Positions 51,470 to 60,734 of a DNA stretch of 64,000 bases are shown piece after piece. The notes beneath the pieces are model-generated. The model saw only the letters and a program-made list of their open reading frames with translations. It did no database searches and had not been told where the DNA came from. The DNA lies in NCBI GenBank assembly GCA_019358935.1, contig JAHHIK010000001.1, forward strand, positions 132,608 to 196,607, in the 5' to 3' direction. Both the position numbers and the translations under genes were made by a program. The stretch is from Tolypothrix carrinoi HA7290-LM1. Lineage in GTDB: Bacteria; Cyanobacteriota; Cyanobacteriia; Cyanobacteriales; Nostocaceae. Positions within the stretch are counted from its first letter, which is position 1. The number at the start of each line of letters is the position of its first letter.

Positions 51470-53301
51470 ATTACAAGCGGTTAGATCCTCATAAAAAAGA
51501 TATTTTGATTATTGACGATACAGCAGATAATTTGCGAGTTTTATCCTCACTACTGACAAAGCATGGGTATAACGTTCGTAAAGCTTTGAACTGGCAAATG
51601 GCTCTAACTGCTTGTGAAACAGTATTACCCGATTTAATTTTGCTTGACATTATGATGCCAGAAGTAGATGGCTATAAGGTTTGTCAGCGTTTAAAAGCGA
51701 GTGATTTAACTGCCGATATTCCGGTGATTTTTATTAGTGCTTTGGATGACGTTTTTGACAAAGTAAAAGCTTTTGGGGCAGGAGGTGTAGACTATATTAC
51801 CAAACCTTTTGAGTTTGAAGAAGTTTTAGTACGTGTCAAAAATCAACTAGCGTTGAAAACAGCGCGACTAGAAATATTGAAATTAAACACCGAACTAGAA
51901 CAAAGAGTAAAACAACGCACTGGTGAATTAGAAAAGGCTCTACAAAAACTTCAGGGAGAAGTTACTTTTCGGCAGCAACTGCAAAATAAACTGCTGAATA
52001 CAGCACTGCATGATTCACTGACTGGATTGCCAAATCGAGTTTTGTTTATTAGGCGACTAGAAAAAGCTTTGAATCGTGCCCAACTAGAAACTGATTTTCA
52101 GTTTGCCGTGCTGTTTTTAGATTGCGATCGCTTTAAACTTGTCAATGATTCTCTTGGTCATTTGGTGGGAGATGAATTGCTCATAGCAATTGCCAATCGC
52201 CTAGAACAATCTTTATTGCCTGTTGATACTTTAGCACGATTAGGCGGAGATGAATTTGGAATTATTCTCGAAAATTTAACAGATATCACCCAGGCGATTC
52301 AAGTTGCCGAACATATTCTGCAACAGTTCTCACTAGCTTTTAAATTGTCTCGATATGAGGTATTTGTAAATGCCAGCATTGGCATTAGTTGGGGCAATAG
52401 TGATTGCGACAAGCCAGAGTATTTGCTGCGAGATGCTGATACAGCAATGTATCGAGCTAAAGCTTTAGGAAAAGCCAGATATCACGTTTTTAACCCAGAA
52501 ATGCATCACGAAGCTACCCAGCTTTTAGAGTTAGAAAACGATTTGCGTAGAGCTGTAGAACGGCAAGAATTTATCGTTTACTACCAGCCAATTATTTCTT
52601 TAGTTACAGGCAAAATCTCTGGATTAGAAGCGCTTGTGCGTTGGCAACATCCTACTCGCGGTTTGATTTCTCCTACAGAGTTTATTTTGGTTGCGGAAGA
52701 AACAGGTTTGATTCATGCTATCAATATTTGGGTATTGCGATCGGCTTGCGAGCAGCTAACTATTTGGCAAAATCACAACTCGACACTAAAATCTCTAACT
52801 ATCAGCGTGAATTTGAGTGTGCGCTTGTTTTCAGACCCGAAAATATTAGCACAAATTGACCAGATTATTCAATCAACTAAAATAAATCCTGCTTGTCTGG
52901 AAATAGAAATTACAGAAAGTGTAATTATGGAAAACTGTCAGGCACTGAAAAAAATTTTACAACAATTAAAAGAGCGAAAAATTAAGTTAGTTATGGATGA
53001 CTTTGGTACGGGTTATTCATCGTTAAGTTATTTGTATAACTTTCCTTTTAATGTCTTAAAGATTGACCAATCCTTTGTCAAACGTATGCAGGAAAACGAA
53101 GAAAGCATGGGGTTAGTGCCAGCGATGCTCGGTATTGCCAACTCAATGGGGATGAGTGCGATCGCTGAAGGTGTAGAAACAACTTTTCAGTTAGCACAAC
53201 TGAGAAATTTAAACTGTAATTTCGCTCAAGGATATCTATTTTCTCGACCTCTACAACCAGAATTAGTTCTAGACTTCATCGAAGCCGCACCTCAATGGTA
53301 A
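51466..53301 (+). CDS. Response regulator with REC-GGDEF-EAL domains (c-di-GMP turnover)
   Basis: IDD/LLDIMMP receiver, LGGDEF, EALVRW and DDFGTGYSS motifs. Confidence 0.95.
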   Translation: MNYKRLDPHKKDILIIDDTADNLRVLSSLLTKHGYNVRKALNWQMALTACETVLPDLILLDIMMPEVDGYKVCQRLKASDLTADIPVIFISALDDVFDKVKAFGAGGVDYITKPFEFEEVLVRVKNQLALKTARLEILKLNTELEQRVKQRTGELEKALQKLQGEVTFRQQLQNKLLNTALHDSLTGLPNRVLFIRRLEKALNRAQLETDFQFAVLFLDCDRFKLVNDSLGHLVGDELLIAIANRLEQSLLPVDTLARLGGDEFGIILENLTDITQAIQVAEHILQQFSLAFKLSRYEVFVNASIGISWGNSDCDKPEYLLRDADTAMYRAKALGKARYHVFNPEMHHEATQLLELENDLRRAVERQEFIVYYQPIISLVTGKISGLEALVRWQHPTRGLISPTEFILVAEETGLIHAINIWVLRSACEQLTIWQNHNSTLKSLTISVNLSVRLFSDPKILAQIDQIIQSTKINPACLEIEITESVIMENCQALKKILQQLKERKIKLVMDDFGTGYSSLSYLYNFPFNVLKIDQSFVKRMQENEESMGLVPAMLGIANSMGMSAIAEGVETTFQLAQLRNLNCNFAQGYLFSRPLQPELVLDFIEAAPQW

Positions 53302-53411
53302 TAAGCTGTAGTACCTGAAATTTTCTCTTTCTCGGCAGAGGGGGAGAGGGGGGGAGGGGGAGAGGGGGAGAGGGGGAGAGGGGGAAGACAAGGAAGACGA
53401 GGAGGCAAACT

Positions 53412-53472
53412 CCCCCTGCAAGAGTGCCCCCTGCAAGAGTGCCCCCTGCTAAGAGTGCCCCCGCTAAGAGTG
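53412..53472 (+). repeat. Four tandem 15/16-bp units CCCCCTGC(T)AAGAGTG
   Basis: Seen directly; no spacers between units. Confidence 0.85.
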
Positions 53473-53560
53473 CCTCTTCCTTGACCCTGGACACAGCAAC
53501 GCAAAACTTTTTAATAACTAATGAGTACAATTTTCAGTCACATATAAGCATAATAGAGAA

Positions 53561-54790
53561 GTGACTGATCACATCAACCCTTTACGCTCCCTCAAAGAAG
53601 GTCACTGGTTCAAGCTCATCTGTGGCGCCAGTTTCCAACATCTGCCTGCGGTCAGTAGTTTAACATTAGCCTACACATTGGCTGGCGCTGACTGCATAGA
53701 TGTGGCAGCTGATCCTGCGGTGATTGCAGCAGCGCAAACCGCGCTACAAGTAGCCAAAAATCTAGCTGGGGATGCCGAAAAGCGAGGCTTTGGCAATAAT
53801 CCAAAGTCGCCTTTGTTAATGGTCAGTTTAAACGATGGGGAAGACCCCCATTTCCGCAAAGCTGAGTTTAATCCTACTGAATGTCCTACGGACTGCGATA
53901 GACCATGTGAAAAGATTTGTCCAGTGCAAGCAATTGTGTTTAACGGTATAAAAGACGATTTTTCCGGAGTTGTATCCGAAAAATGCTATGGCTGCGGTCG
54001 TTGTTTACCAGCTTGTCCTTATGATATAATTTATACAAGGTCGTATGTTTCAACTCCAGGAGCGATCGCACCGTTGGTAATGTCAACCGGGGTAGATGCC
54101 GTAGAAATTCATACACAAGTAGGACGCTTAACAGAATTTAAACGATTGTGGCAAGCGATTTCACCGTGGGCAGATCGTCTCAAGGTAGTAGCAATTAGTT
54201 GTCCCGATGGCGAAAACTTAATTGACTATCTACACGCACTTTACGATCTGATTGCCCCGATAAACAGTGCCTTAATTTGGCAAACTGATGGTCGTCCGAT
54301 GAGTGGAGATATTGGAGATGGCACCACTCACGCGGCAGTGAAATTAGCCCAAAAAGTTTTGGCAGCTAAATTACCGGGATATGTGCAGTTAGCAGGAGGC
54401 ACTAACAGCTACACCGTTGCTAAGTTAAAAGCAATGGGACTGCTGAGGAAAGGGAGACAAGGAGACAAGGAGACAAGGAGACAAGGAGGACAAGGACGAC
54501 TTGGGGACAAGGGGACAAGGAGAAATTTATTCCCCCATCTCCCCATCCCCCTATCCCCCCCTCCCCCCCTCTCCTTGTCTCCTCTCCCCCCCTCCTCCAT
54601 ATCCGGTATTGCATACGGCAGCTATGCCCGTGTACTGCTGTCATCGATTCTTGAACAGTTAGAAACTAAGGAGGTAAACAAAGCAAGTGTAAAGCCAATT
54701 CGTCTTGAAGAGGACGAAGTATTACTTTGGCAAGCTGTAGAGCTTGCTTATTCTCTCGTTTCCCAACTCAAGTCACAGCAGGAGCGCTAA
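53561..54790 (+). CDS. ldpA: Circadian input Fe-S protein LdpA, with in-frame STRR insert
   Basis: WFKLICGAS, DPHFRKA, two 4Fe-4S motifs and WQTDGRPMSGDIG. Confidence 0.92.
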   Translation: MTDHINPLRSLKEGHWFKLICGASFQHLPAVSSLTLAYTLAGADCIDVAADPAVIAAAQTALQVAKNLAGDAEKRGFGNNPKSPLLMVSLNDGEDPHFRKAEFNPTECPTDCDRPCEKICPVQAIVFNGIKDDFSGVVSEKCYGCGRCLPACPYDIIYTRSYVSTPGAIAPLVMSTGVDAVEIHTQVGRLTEFKRLWQAISPWADRLKVVAISCPDGENLIDYLHALYDLIAPINSALIWQTDGRPMSGDIGDGTTHAAVKLAQKVLAAKLPGYVQLAGGTNSYTVAKLKAMGLLRKGRQGDKETRRQGGQGRLGDKGTRRNLFPHLPIPLSPPPPLSLSPLPPSSISGIAYGSYARVLLSSILEQLETKEVNKASVKPIRLEEDEVLLWQAVELAYSLVSQLKSQQER

Positions 54791-54860
54791 TAAAAGCGCG
54801 TTGCGGACACAAATCAAAAAAAGTGTCCTATCTATCTCTAAAAACGTCACCATAGAAAGC

Positions 54861-56597
54861 ATGACGATTACAGACGATCTCCAAAAGTTATTAGACATTG
54901 TGCCCCAAGACCTGCGTCAAATACTAGAGAGTCATCCCCGACGAGATAGTTTAGTTGAAGTAGTCTTGGATTTGGGTCGTCGCCCAGAAGCTCGTTTTCC
55001 GCACAGCGCCGAGTATCTGAGCGAAACACCCGTAACTCAAGAACAGATAGATGATTGCATCTCAAGAGTGGGAATTTTTGGCGGAGATAATCGGGCAGGA
55101 ATTGAGCAAACTCTCCATCGGATCAGCGCCATCCGTAACCGCACCGGCAAAATTATCGGCTTAACTTGTCGCGTCGGTCGAGCGGTGTTCGGAACGATAG
55201 GCATGATTCGCGATTTGGTAGAAACTGGTAAATCGATTCTCATGCTGGGGCGTCCGGGCGTGGGTAAAACTACCGCTTTACGGGAAATAGCTCGTGTATT
55301 GGCGGATGAGTTAAATAAGCGAGTGGTAATCATCGATACTTCCAACGAAATTGCTGGAGATGGTGATGTTGCCCACCCCGCTATTGGTCGTGCCAGACGG
55401 ATGCAAGTAGCTCATCCCGAAAATCAGCATCAGGTGATGATTGAGGCAGTGGAAAACCATATGCCAGAAGTCATTGTTATTGATGAAATTGGTACAGAAC
55501 TCGAAGCTTTAGCGGCACGCACTATTGCTGAACGCGGCGTACAGTTGGTAGGTACGGCACACGGCAACCAGATAGAAAACCTAATTAAAAATCCGACTTT
55601 ATGTGATTTAGTTGGGGGTATCCAGGCTGTGACTTTGGGGGATGACGAAGCCAGAAGACGGGGCAGTCAAAAAACTGTTTTGGAACGCAAAGCACCTCCT
55701 ACTTTCGAGATTGCTGTGGAAATGCAAGAACGGCAGCGTTGGGTAGTACACGAAAGCGTTGCGGATACAGTTGATACTCTTCTGCGGGGACGTCAACCGA
55801 GTCCGCAGACGAGAACCGTTGACGATACCGGCAAGGTGGCGATCGCCCGACAGTTGTCTGTAGTAAATGGTCGTGGATCACAGCAAGCTGTTGGCGAAGA
55901 ATCTTTCGCATCAGCGCGAGCCTCTAACGGCTGGCGTTCATCCGGACAAATGGTAGCACTACCGCTATTATCTCCTGAGCGAGAGCGGGTTTCCGGGCAA
56001 AGTGAATTTGACCGCTTATTAGATGAATCTTTCAATTACTCTGAGAGTATTGATTTCGCTGCTCCCAGACACGCTGGACCAAACGGTGAAGATTTGCCAT
56101 TGCACATTTTCCCATATGGTGTTAGTCGCCACCAGTTGGAACAAGTAATAAGTGTGTTAACTTTGCCAGTTGTATTGACAAAAGATATCGATAGTGCTGA
56201 TGCAATATTGGCACTGCGATCGCATGTCAAAAATCACGCCAAACTCAGGCAAATGGCGAAAGCTCGTCATGTACCGATTCACATGATTAAGTCCAGCACG
56301 ATTCCCCAGATTACCCGTGGTTTGCGGCGCTTGCTGAACATGGACGATCCGGAACTAGCTGATGACCGCGAATTGCAATTGTTTCTCCACAGTGGCAGCG
56401 ATGATGAAATGGATGCTTTAGAGGAAGCTAGACTTGCCGTAGAGCAAATTGTCATTCCCAAAGGACAACCAGTAGAATTACTGCCACGTTCTGCCCAAGT
56501 GCGTAAAATGCAACACGAGTTGGTAGAACACTACCGCTTGAAGTCGCACAGTTTTGGGGATGAACCAAATCGGCGTCTGCGGATTTATCCTGCGTAA
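54861..56597 (+). CDS. Ycf45-like SpoIIIAA-type AAA ATPase with C-terminal R3H domain
   Basis: GRPGVGKT, DTSNEIAG, VIDEIG and RKMQH; start at MTITDD. Confidence 0.9.
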   Translation: MTITDDLQKLLDIVPQDLRQILESHPRRDSLVEVVLDLGRRPEARFPHSAEYLSETPVTQEQIDDCISRVGIFGGDNRAGIEQTLHRISAIRNRTGKIIGLTCRVGRAVFGTIGMIRDLVETGKSILMLGRPGVGKTTALREIARVLADELNKRVVIIDTSNEIAGDGDVAHPAIGRARRMQVAHPENQHQVMIEAVENHMPEVIVIDEIGTELEALAARTIAERGVQLVGTAHGNQIENLIKNPTLCDLVGGIQAVTLGDDEARRRGSQKTVLERKAPPTFEIAVEMQERQRWVVHESVADTVDTLLRGRQPSPQTRTVDDTGKVAIARQLSVVNGRGSQQAVGEESFASARASNGWRSSGQMVALPLLSPERERVSGQSEFDRLLDESFNYSESIDFAAPRHAGPNGEDLPLHIFPYGVSRHQLEQVISVLTLPVVLTKDIDSADAILALRSHVKNHAKLRQMAKARHVPIHMIKSSTIPQITRGLRRLLNMDDPELADDRELQLFLHSGSDDEMDALEEARLAVEQIVIPKGQPVELLPRSAQVRKMQHELVEHYRLKSHSFGDEPNRRLRIYPA

Positions 56598-56609
56598 CTT
56601 TACCTTCTA

Positions 56610-56640
56610 CCCCCTTTCCTGCTTTGGAAAGGGGGATTTT
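56610..56640 (+). terminator. Intrinsic terminator
   Basis: CCCCCTTTCC...GGAAAGGGGG followed by ATTTT. Confidence 0.7.
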
Positions 56641-56651
56641 ATTTAGGGATG

Positions 56652-57041
56652 TTAGTGATTTATCAGGTTAATAGCTTGCTCTATATGCAGTTTAGCCTTG
56701 TGTAGGTTTAATAATCTCTCTTGGTCATAGCGATCGCTATATGACATGCGTCTACCTTCCATTGTGATTTTAATCAGTGCAGCTTGCTCAAGAGTGGGAG
56801 TTTCCATTTCATCGAGTGCAGTACCCAACGCTTGAAAGCTTACAAAGGTGGGACTTTTTAATCCTCTCCCTTCCTTAACTTGTTGAATCGCTAGCACTGG
56901 AAAAGCCATTAAGGACGTAATCCAAGAGGTTTTGTAAGCTGGATTGCCTGTTGCCTTAATGCCGTAACGACTAGCTAAATCTTTTAACTGTTTCAGCGTT
57001 TTGATTTCCAGTTCAGAACGTGTAAACATGGAATTGTCCAT
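56652..57041 (-). CDS. Hypothetical protein, start uncertain
   Basis: Open frame with helical N-terminus (TLKQLKDLASRYGI). Confidence 0.6.
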   Translation of the reverse strand: MDNSMFTRSELEIKTLKQLKDLASRYGIKATGNPAYKTSWITSLMAFPVLAIQQVKEGRGLKSPTFVSFQALGTALDEMETPTLEQAALIKITMEGRRMSYSDRYDQERLLNLHKAKLHIEQAINLINH

Positions 57042-57154
57042 TGGTTGATATTGATTAATGGATTTGGTGGCTACCAACTGTCCAGGGAGATAGCCACCCA
57101 AATAATTATTATCGCTTGTTGCCTAGCGATATAGTAATTTTAATAAAACTTAAA

Positions 57155-57355
57155 ATGCCTAATCGTGAGGAAAAGCCTTATTTAAAAAAACATCAATTTA
57201 CCACTAGTAGGGATGAACCTTTAACAGAGAGAATCGCTATCAGGGTTACTAAGTCAATGGCTGAAAAAATCAAAGTTATTGATAACTACCCAGAATTTTG
57301 CCGTCAAGCACTACAAGATGCTCTAGATAAGTTAGAGGACATTACAGAGGAATAA
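57155..57355 (+). CDS. Small ribbon-helix-helix-like DNA-binding protein
   Basis: RDEPL...IAIRV...YPEFCRQAL; paralog of the next ORF. Confidence 0.65.
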   Translation: MPNREEKPYLKKHQFTTSRDEPLTERIAIRVTKSMAEKIKVIDNYPEFCRQALQDALDKLEDITEE

Positions 57356-57440
57356 TATGTATAAATAAAATAAGTGCGATCGCGGAGTGACTCTGTAAGA
57401 GTATCGCGTTTGTTGATTAATCTTGTTAACAAAACTTAAA

Positions 57441-57647
57441 ATGCCTAACCCTCACGGGAACCCAGAAATAAAGAAATATGGTTTTAAAACGAACAGAGAT
57501 GAACCGCTAATTGCAAAGCTAACCGTCAGAATTCCTCAATCTATGATGGATGAATTAAAAGCGTTAGAAAATTATCCTGAATTCGTCAGACAAGCTATCC
57601 AAGATGCACTTTTAAAGTTAAAGAATGACAATACTACACAAGAGTAA
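57441..57647 (+). CDS. Small ribbon-helix-helix-like DNA-binding protein, tandem paralog
   Basis: RDEPL...LTVRI...YPEFVRQAI. Confidence 0.65.
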   Translation: MPNPHGNPEIKKYGFKTNRDEPLIAKLTVRIPQSMMDELKALENYPEFVRQAIQDALLKLKNDNTTQE

Positions 57648-57724
57648 AAAAGACAAAGCATTTTACAAAGCTAAAATTGCTGTAATAATGGCAAAGGCAA
57701 ATTTTTTAGTTAGGCAAAGCATAT

Positions 57725-57943
57725 ATGAATCAACTGACTGTAGAACTACCCTCAAATATTTCCATTGAAGAAGCACGATTACTGCTTACTGTTAAACTAT
57801 TTGAAACTGGAAAACTATCACTCGGACAAGCTGCAAAGTTAGCAGGTTTTTCTAAAAAAACATTTATAGAATTATTAGGCAAGATGGGGGTTCCGGTAAT
57901 CGATTATCCGGCTGAGGAATTAGAACGGGAGATCAGTTTTTGA
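57725..57943 (+). CDS. UPF0175-family putative antitoxin
   Basis: LFETGKLSLGQAAKLAG HTH and YPAEELERE. Confidence 0.85.
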   Translation: MNQLTVELPSNISIEEARLLLTVKLFETGKLSLGQAAKLAGFSKKTFIELLGKMGVPVIDYPAEELEREISF

Positions 57944-58039
57944 GCGAACAGACAGTTACTAATTTCCCGAAATTTTTAAGATCGGTACAATGAAAAACCC
58001 GCTCGTGTGGCGGGTTATAAGGTTATTAAAAATGACTGT

Positions 58040-58339
58040 TTAGCAAGCCTCTAAATTGATAGGTGTTATTTTACTTAATATTTCAGACTCTTGTGCAGCA
58101 TTCCAAAGGTCATATTTTTGCTGTAGATTTAACCAAAGTTCTGGGGTTGTTTGAAAAGCTTTTGCTAAACGTAGAGCCATAAGAGGGGAGACGCTAGCTT
58201 GTTCGTTAACAATTTCGGAAACTGTTTTACGTGAAACACCTAAAATATCAGCAAGCTGAGTATTACTCATTTCTAAAGGTTCTAAATATTGACGTTTAAT
58301 CAAAGCACCGGGGTGTCTTGGTTTTCTTTTAGTCATCAT
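58040..58339 (-). CDS. higA: HigA-family antitoxin
   Basis: HPG, LGVSRKTVSEIVN and WLNLQQKYDL motifs. Confidence 0.92.
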   Translation of the reverse strand: MMTKRKPRHPGALIKRQYLEPLEMSNTQLADILGVSRKTVSEIVNEQASVSPLMALRLAKAFQTTPELWLNLQQKYDLWNAAQESEILSKITPINLEAC

Positions 58340-58349
58340 AATTAATTCC

Positions 58350-58628
58350 CTAGTGATAATCTTCGTAATTAACAACGTAAGCATTACCGTTTTCAAATTC
58401 AAAAGTCACGCGCCAATTTCCTGATATTGGTATTGACCATTCACTTTTTCGATTACCTTTTAACTGGTGAAGCTTAGAAGCTGGGTATCTCATATCCTCA
58501 ATATCAATAGCAGCGTCAAGTCTATCAAGAATATCTAACAATTTTTCTGCGTGTTTAGGTTGCACACCACTTCTATCATCGTTCTCAAAAAGGTTTCTTA
58601 ATCCTTTATGCTTAAACGTTTTAATCAA
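58350..58628 (-). CDS. higB: HigB (RelE-like) toxin
   Basis: IKTFKHKGL, LHQLKG, SGNWRVTF and YEDYH; toxin-first order. Confidence 0.92.
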   Translation of the reverse strand: MIKTFKHKGLRNLFENDDRSGVQPKHAEKLLDILDRLDAAIDIEDMRYPASKLHQLKGNRKSEWSIPISGNWRVTFEFENGNAYVVNYEDYH

Positions 58629-58633
58629 TTTTT

Positions 58634-58662
58634 ATCGTAACCCTTGGGGTTACACCTGTCAA
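58634..58662 (-). promoter_or_regulatory. higBA promoter TTGACA-N17-TACGAT with palindromic operator GTAACCC-N3-GGGTTAC
   Basis: -35 at 58662-58657, -10 at 58639-58634, inverted repeat at 58637-58653. Confidence 0.75.
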
Positions 58663-58793
58663 CTGTTCACATATTACACTGTCACTTATAATGCGTTGCT
58701 TTAGTTTTTGATAAAGATTTTAAATAATTATTAAATTTGAAAAAATAAAAGACTTTTCAGATTAAATGTGATAGGAATAATTTCTGCAACTTT

Positions 58794-59540
58794 ATGAAGC
58801 AAGCTTTCTTAGGTTCTTTTCTATTGGTTAATGTATTAATCTCCTTGCCTGTATTTGCTGTCAATCCTCAGCATTTGGAACAGTTACTAAAAACAAATAA
58901 TTGTTCTGGATGTGATTTGTCGAATGCTGATTTATCAAATAAAAATTTATATCGTGCTAACCTTGGTGAAGCAAACCTCCAGGGAGCTAATCTTCAAAAA
59001 ACTATACTTCAACAAGCTGTTTTATTTAGAGCCAATCTTAAAAATGCTAATTTATCGGGTGCTTATTTAGGAATTGCTAATTTATTAAATGCTGATTTAT
59101 CAAATGCTAATTTATCAAATGCTGATTTAAACCAGGCTGCTCTTATGGAAGCCAATCTTCAAGGAGCCAATCTTCAAAAAGCAAATTTATTTAATACAAA
59201 TCTTTTGAAAGTAAATCTTAGTAGGGCTAATCTTAATGGGGCTAATCTTTTTAGTAGCATCCTTCAAGAATCTAATCTCCAAAGAGCCAGTCTTATAAAA
59301 GCAAACCTTTTACAAGTCTATTTATCTGGAGCCAATCTTCAAGAAGCCAATTTTACAGAAGCTGATCTTACAGAAGCTTATCTTTCTAGAGCTAATTTAA
59401 CAAGAGCTAATTTAACCAAAACAATTTTGGGACAAGCTATATTATTTAGAGCAAATATAAACGGCACTATTTTTCAAAATACTATGTTAAGCGGTGCAAC
59501 AATGCCTAATGGAGAACTAAAACATTACTTTACTAAGTAA
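58794..59540 (+). CDS. Exported pentapeptide-repeat protein
   Basis: Signal peptide, CSGC and A(N/D)Lxx repeats. Confidence 0.92.
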   Translation: MKQAFLGSFLLVNVLISLPVFAVNPQHLEQLLKTNNCSGCDLSNADLSNKNLYRANLGEANLQGANLQKTILQQAVLFRANLKNANLSGAYLGIANLLNADLSNANLSNADLNQAALMEANLQGANLQKANLFNTNLLKVNLSRANLNGANLFSSILQESNLQRASLIKANLLQVYLSGANLQEANFTEADLTEAYLSRANLTRANLTKTILGQAILFRANINGTIFQNTMLSGATMPNGELKHYFTK

Positions 59541-59616
59541 TTTTATCTCTCTATCTGGATAAGTTTCCCATTAAAATGATTGCTAACTATCTCTGGTCTG
59601 AGTGACTTTAGCAGAA

Positions 59617-59751
59617 TCATCGTTTGTAAGCATCTTCAAAAGTTCTTCCAGCACCCAAAGCATCGTAAAAACCAACGGCAAATTCAATTGCGGCTCTATC
59701 GCCGATCGCCTGACTCATGGCAATGACATAATCTATATGTTGCGCGATCGC
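59617..59751 (-). pseudogene. Fragment resembling the C-terminal part of a CHAT domain
   Basis: AIAQHIDYVIAMSQAIGDRAAIEFAVGFYDALGAG with no upstream coding part. Confidence 0.65.
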
Positions 59752-59831
59752 ATTTCAATTAGACTTTCTCAAAATTTTGCTGCATTATATTATGGGTCAG
59801 TCAGGCGATCGCATCAGTTACTAATTCCAAT

Positions 59832-60173
59832 TTAAGCAACTGCAAAATTAGTATCACAACGCACTTCTGGAGGATGAAATGCTAGGACAATATCACTTTT
59901 AGGTACACCAGCTTCAACTAAAGCATTGGCAATTCCTTCTTCTGTCCAGTCTTCCTCAATCCAAATTTTGTTATCTTTAATACGAATGTGAACTGTAATT
60001 CCTCGTACCCGCTCTTTCTGAGTCCAACCTACCTGAAACCAAAGATACTGGTCGTGTTGTTCATCGAAGGCTAACAGGGTTTCTACACCAAATGTCGGTG
60101 GGTTAGTTGCTAATTGGTCGTACTTTGTCAAAATATTCTTAATTAGAGTGCGGTAGTGAGCTATTTTATCCAT
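59832..60173 (-). CDS. xisI: XisI-family protein
   Basis: KIWIEEDWTEEGIA and IVLAFHPP motifs. Confidence 0.92.
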   Translation of the reverse strand: MDKIAHYRTLIKNILTKYDQLATNPPTFGVETLLAFDEQHDQYLWFQVGWTQKERVRGITVHIRIKDNKIWIEEDWTEEGIANALVEAGVPKSDIVLAFHPPEVRCDTNFAVA

Positions 60174-60577
60174 TGCGTAATTACCTCACTTGCAATGTTT
60201 ACAACAATTAAACGCATTTGATTCTGTTGGACTATTAATTGAATCGCCTTTTGTTGAAAAAAGCCAATGAAAGTGCGCTCGTTGATAGCCAAGTATAAAT
60301 CATAATCATGGGCTGTTACAGTTAATAGGTTCCGGTAGATAATATACTGACCTAAAGCTTCCTGCAAGTCTCGGATGAACGATGCACCAGTAAAACTTTT
60401 GACTTCAACAACGATTTTTTGTCCAGAACGCTCGGCTAAAAGTTGGCGTTCTGCGGCTAGATCGGCAAATAACTTGACCTCTTCATATTTAATTGTGTAA
60501 GGGTCGGCTGTAATTGTCCACCCATCCTTAATCAAAGCGTTTTTGACAGCATCATGAATAATATCTTTGGCTGGCAT
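60161..60577 (-). CDS. xisH: XisH-family protein
   Basis: MPAKD..H, KDGWTIT, EVKSF and ALGQY motifs. Confidence 0.92.
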   Translation of the reverse strand: MPAKDIIHDAVKNALIKDGWTITADPYTIKYEEVKLFADLAAERQLLAERSGQKIVVEVKSFTGASFIRDLQEALGQYIIYRNLLTVTAHDYDLYLAINERTFIGFFQQKAIQLIVQQNQMRLIVVNIASEVITQWIK

Positions 60578-60734
60578 TTTTTGTCTGTGCCTTCGTTTAA
60601 CAAAGAGCAGAGATACTTTTTGTCTCTGTATTATCTACTGAAATGAAAATAAATGCCTTTCCATTCACACCCGAAGTAGAAATAGGGTCAATCCCACTGC
60701 TACTCTACTTATAGACCATTAAAAAAACAGAGTA

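Noticed and set aside
53412..53472. Mini-CRISPR
   Set aside because: Units are contiguous 15-16-mers without spacers.
59832..60577. Heterocyst excision element (fdxN-type)
   Set aside because: No recombinase or interrupted gene is nearby; stand-alone xisHI pairs are common in cyanobacteria.
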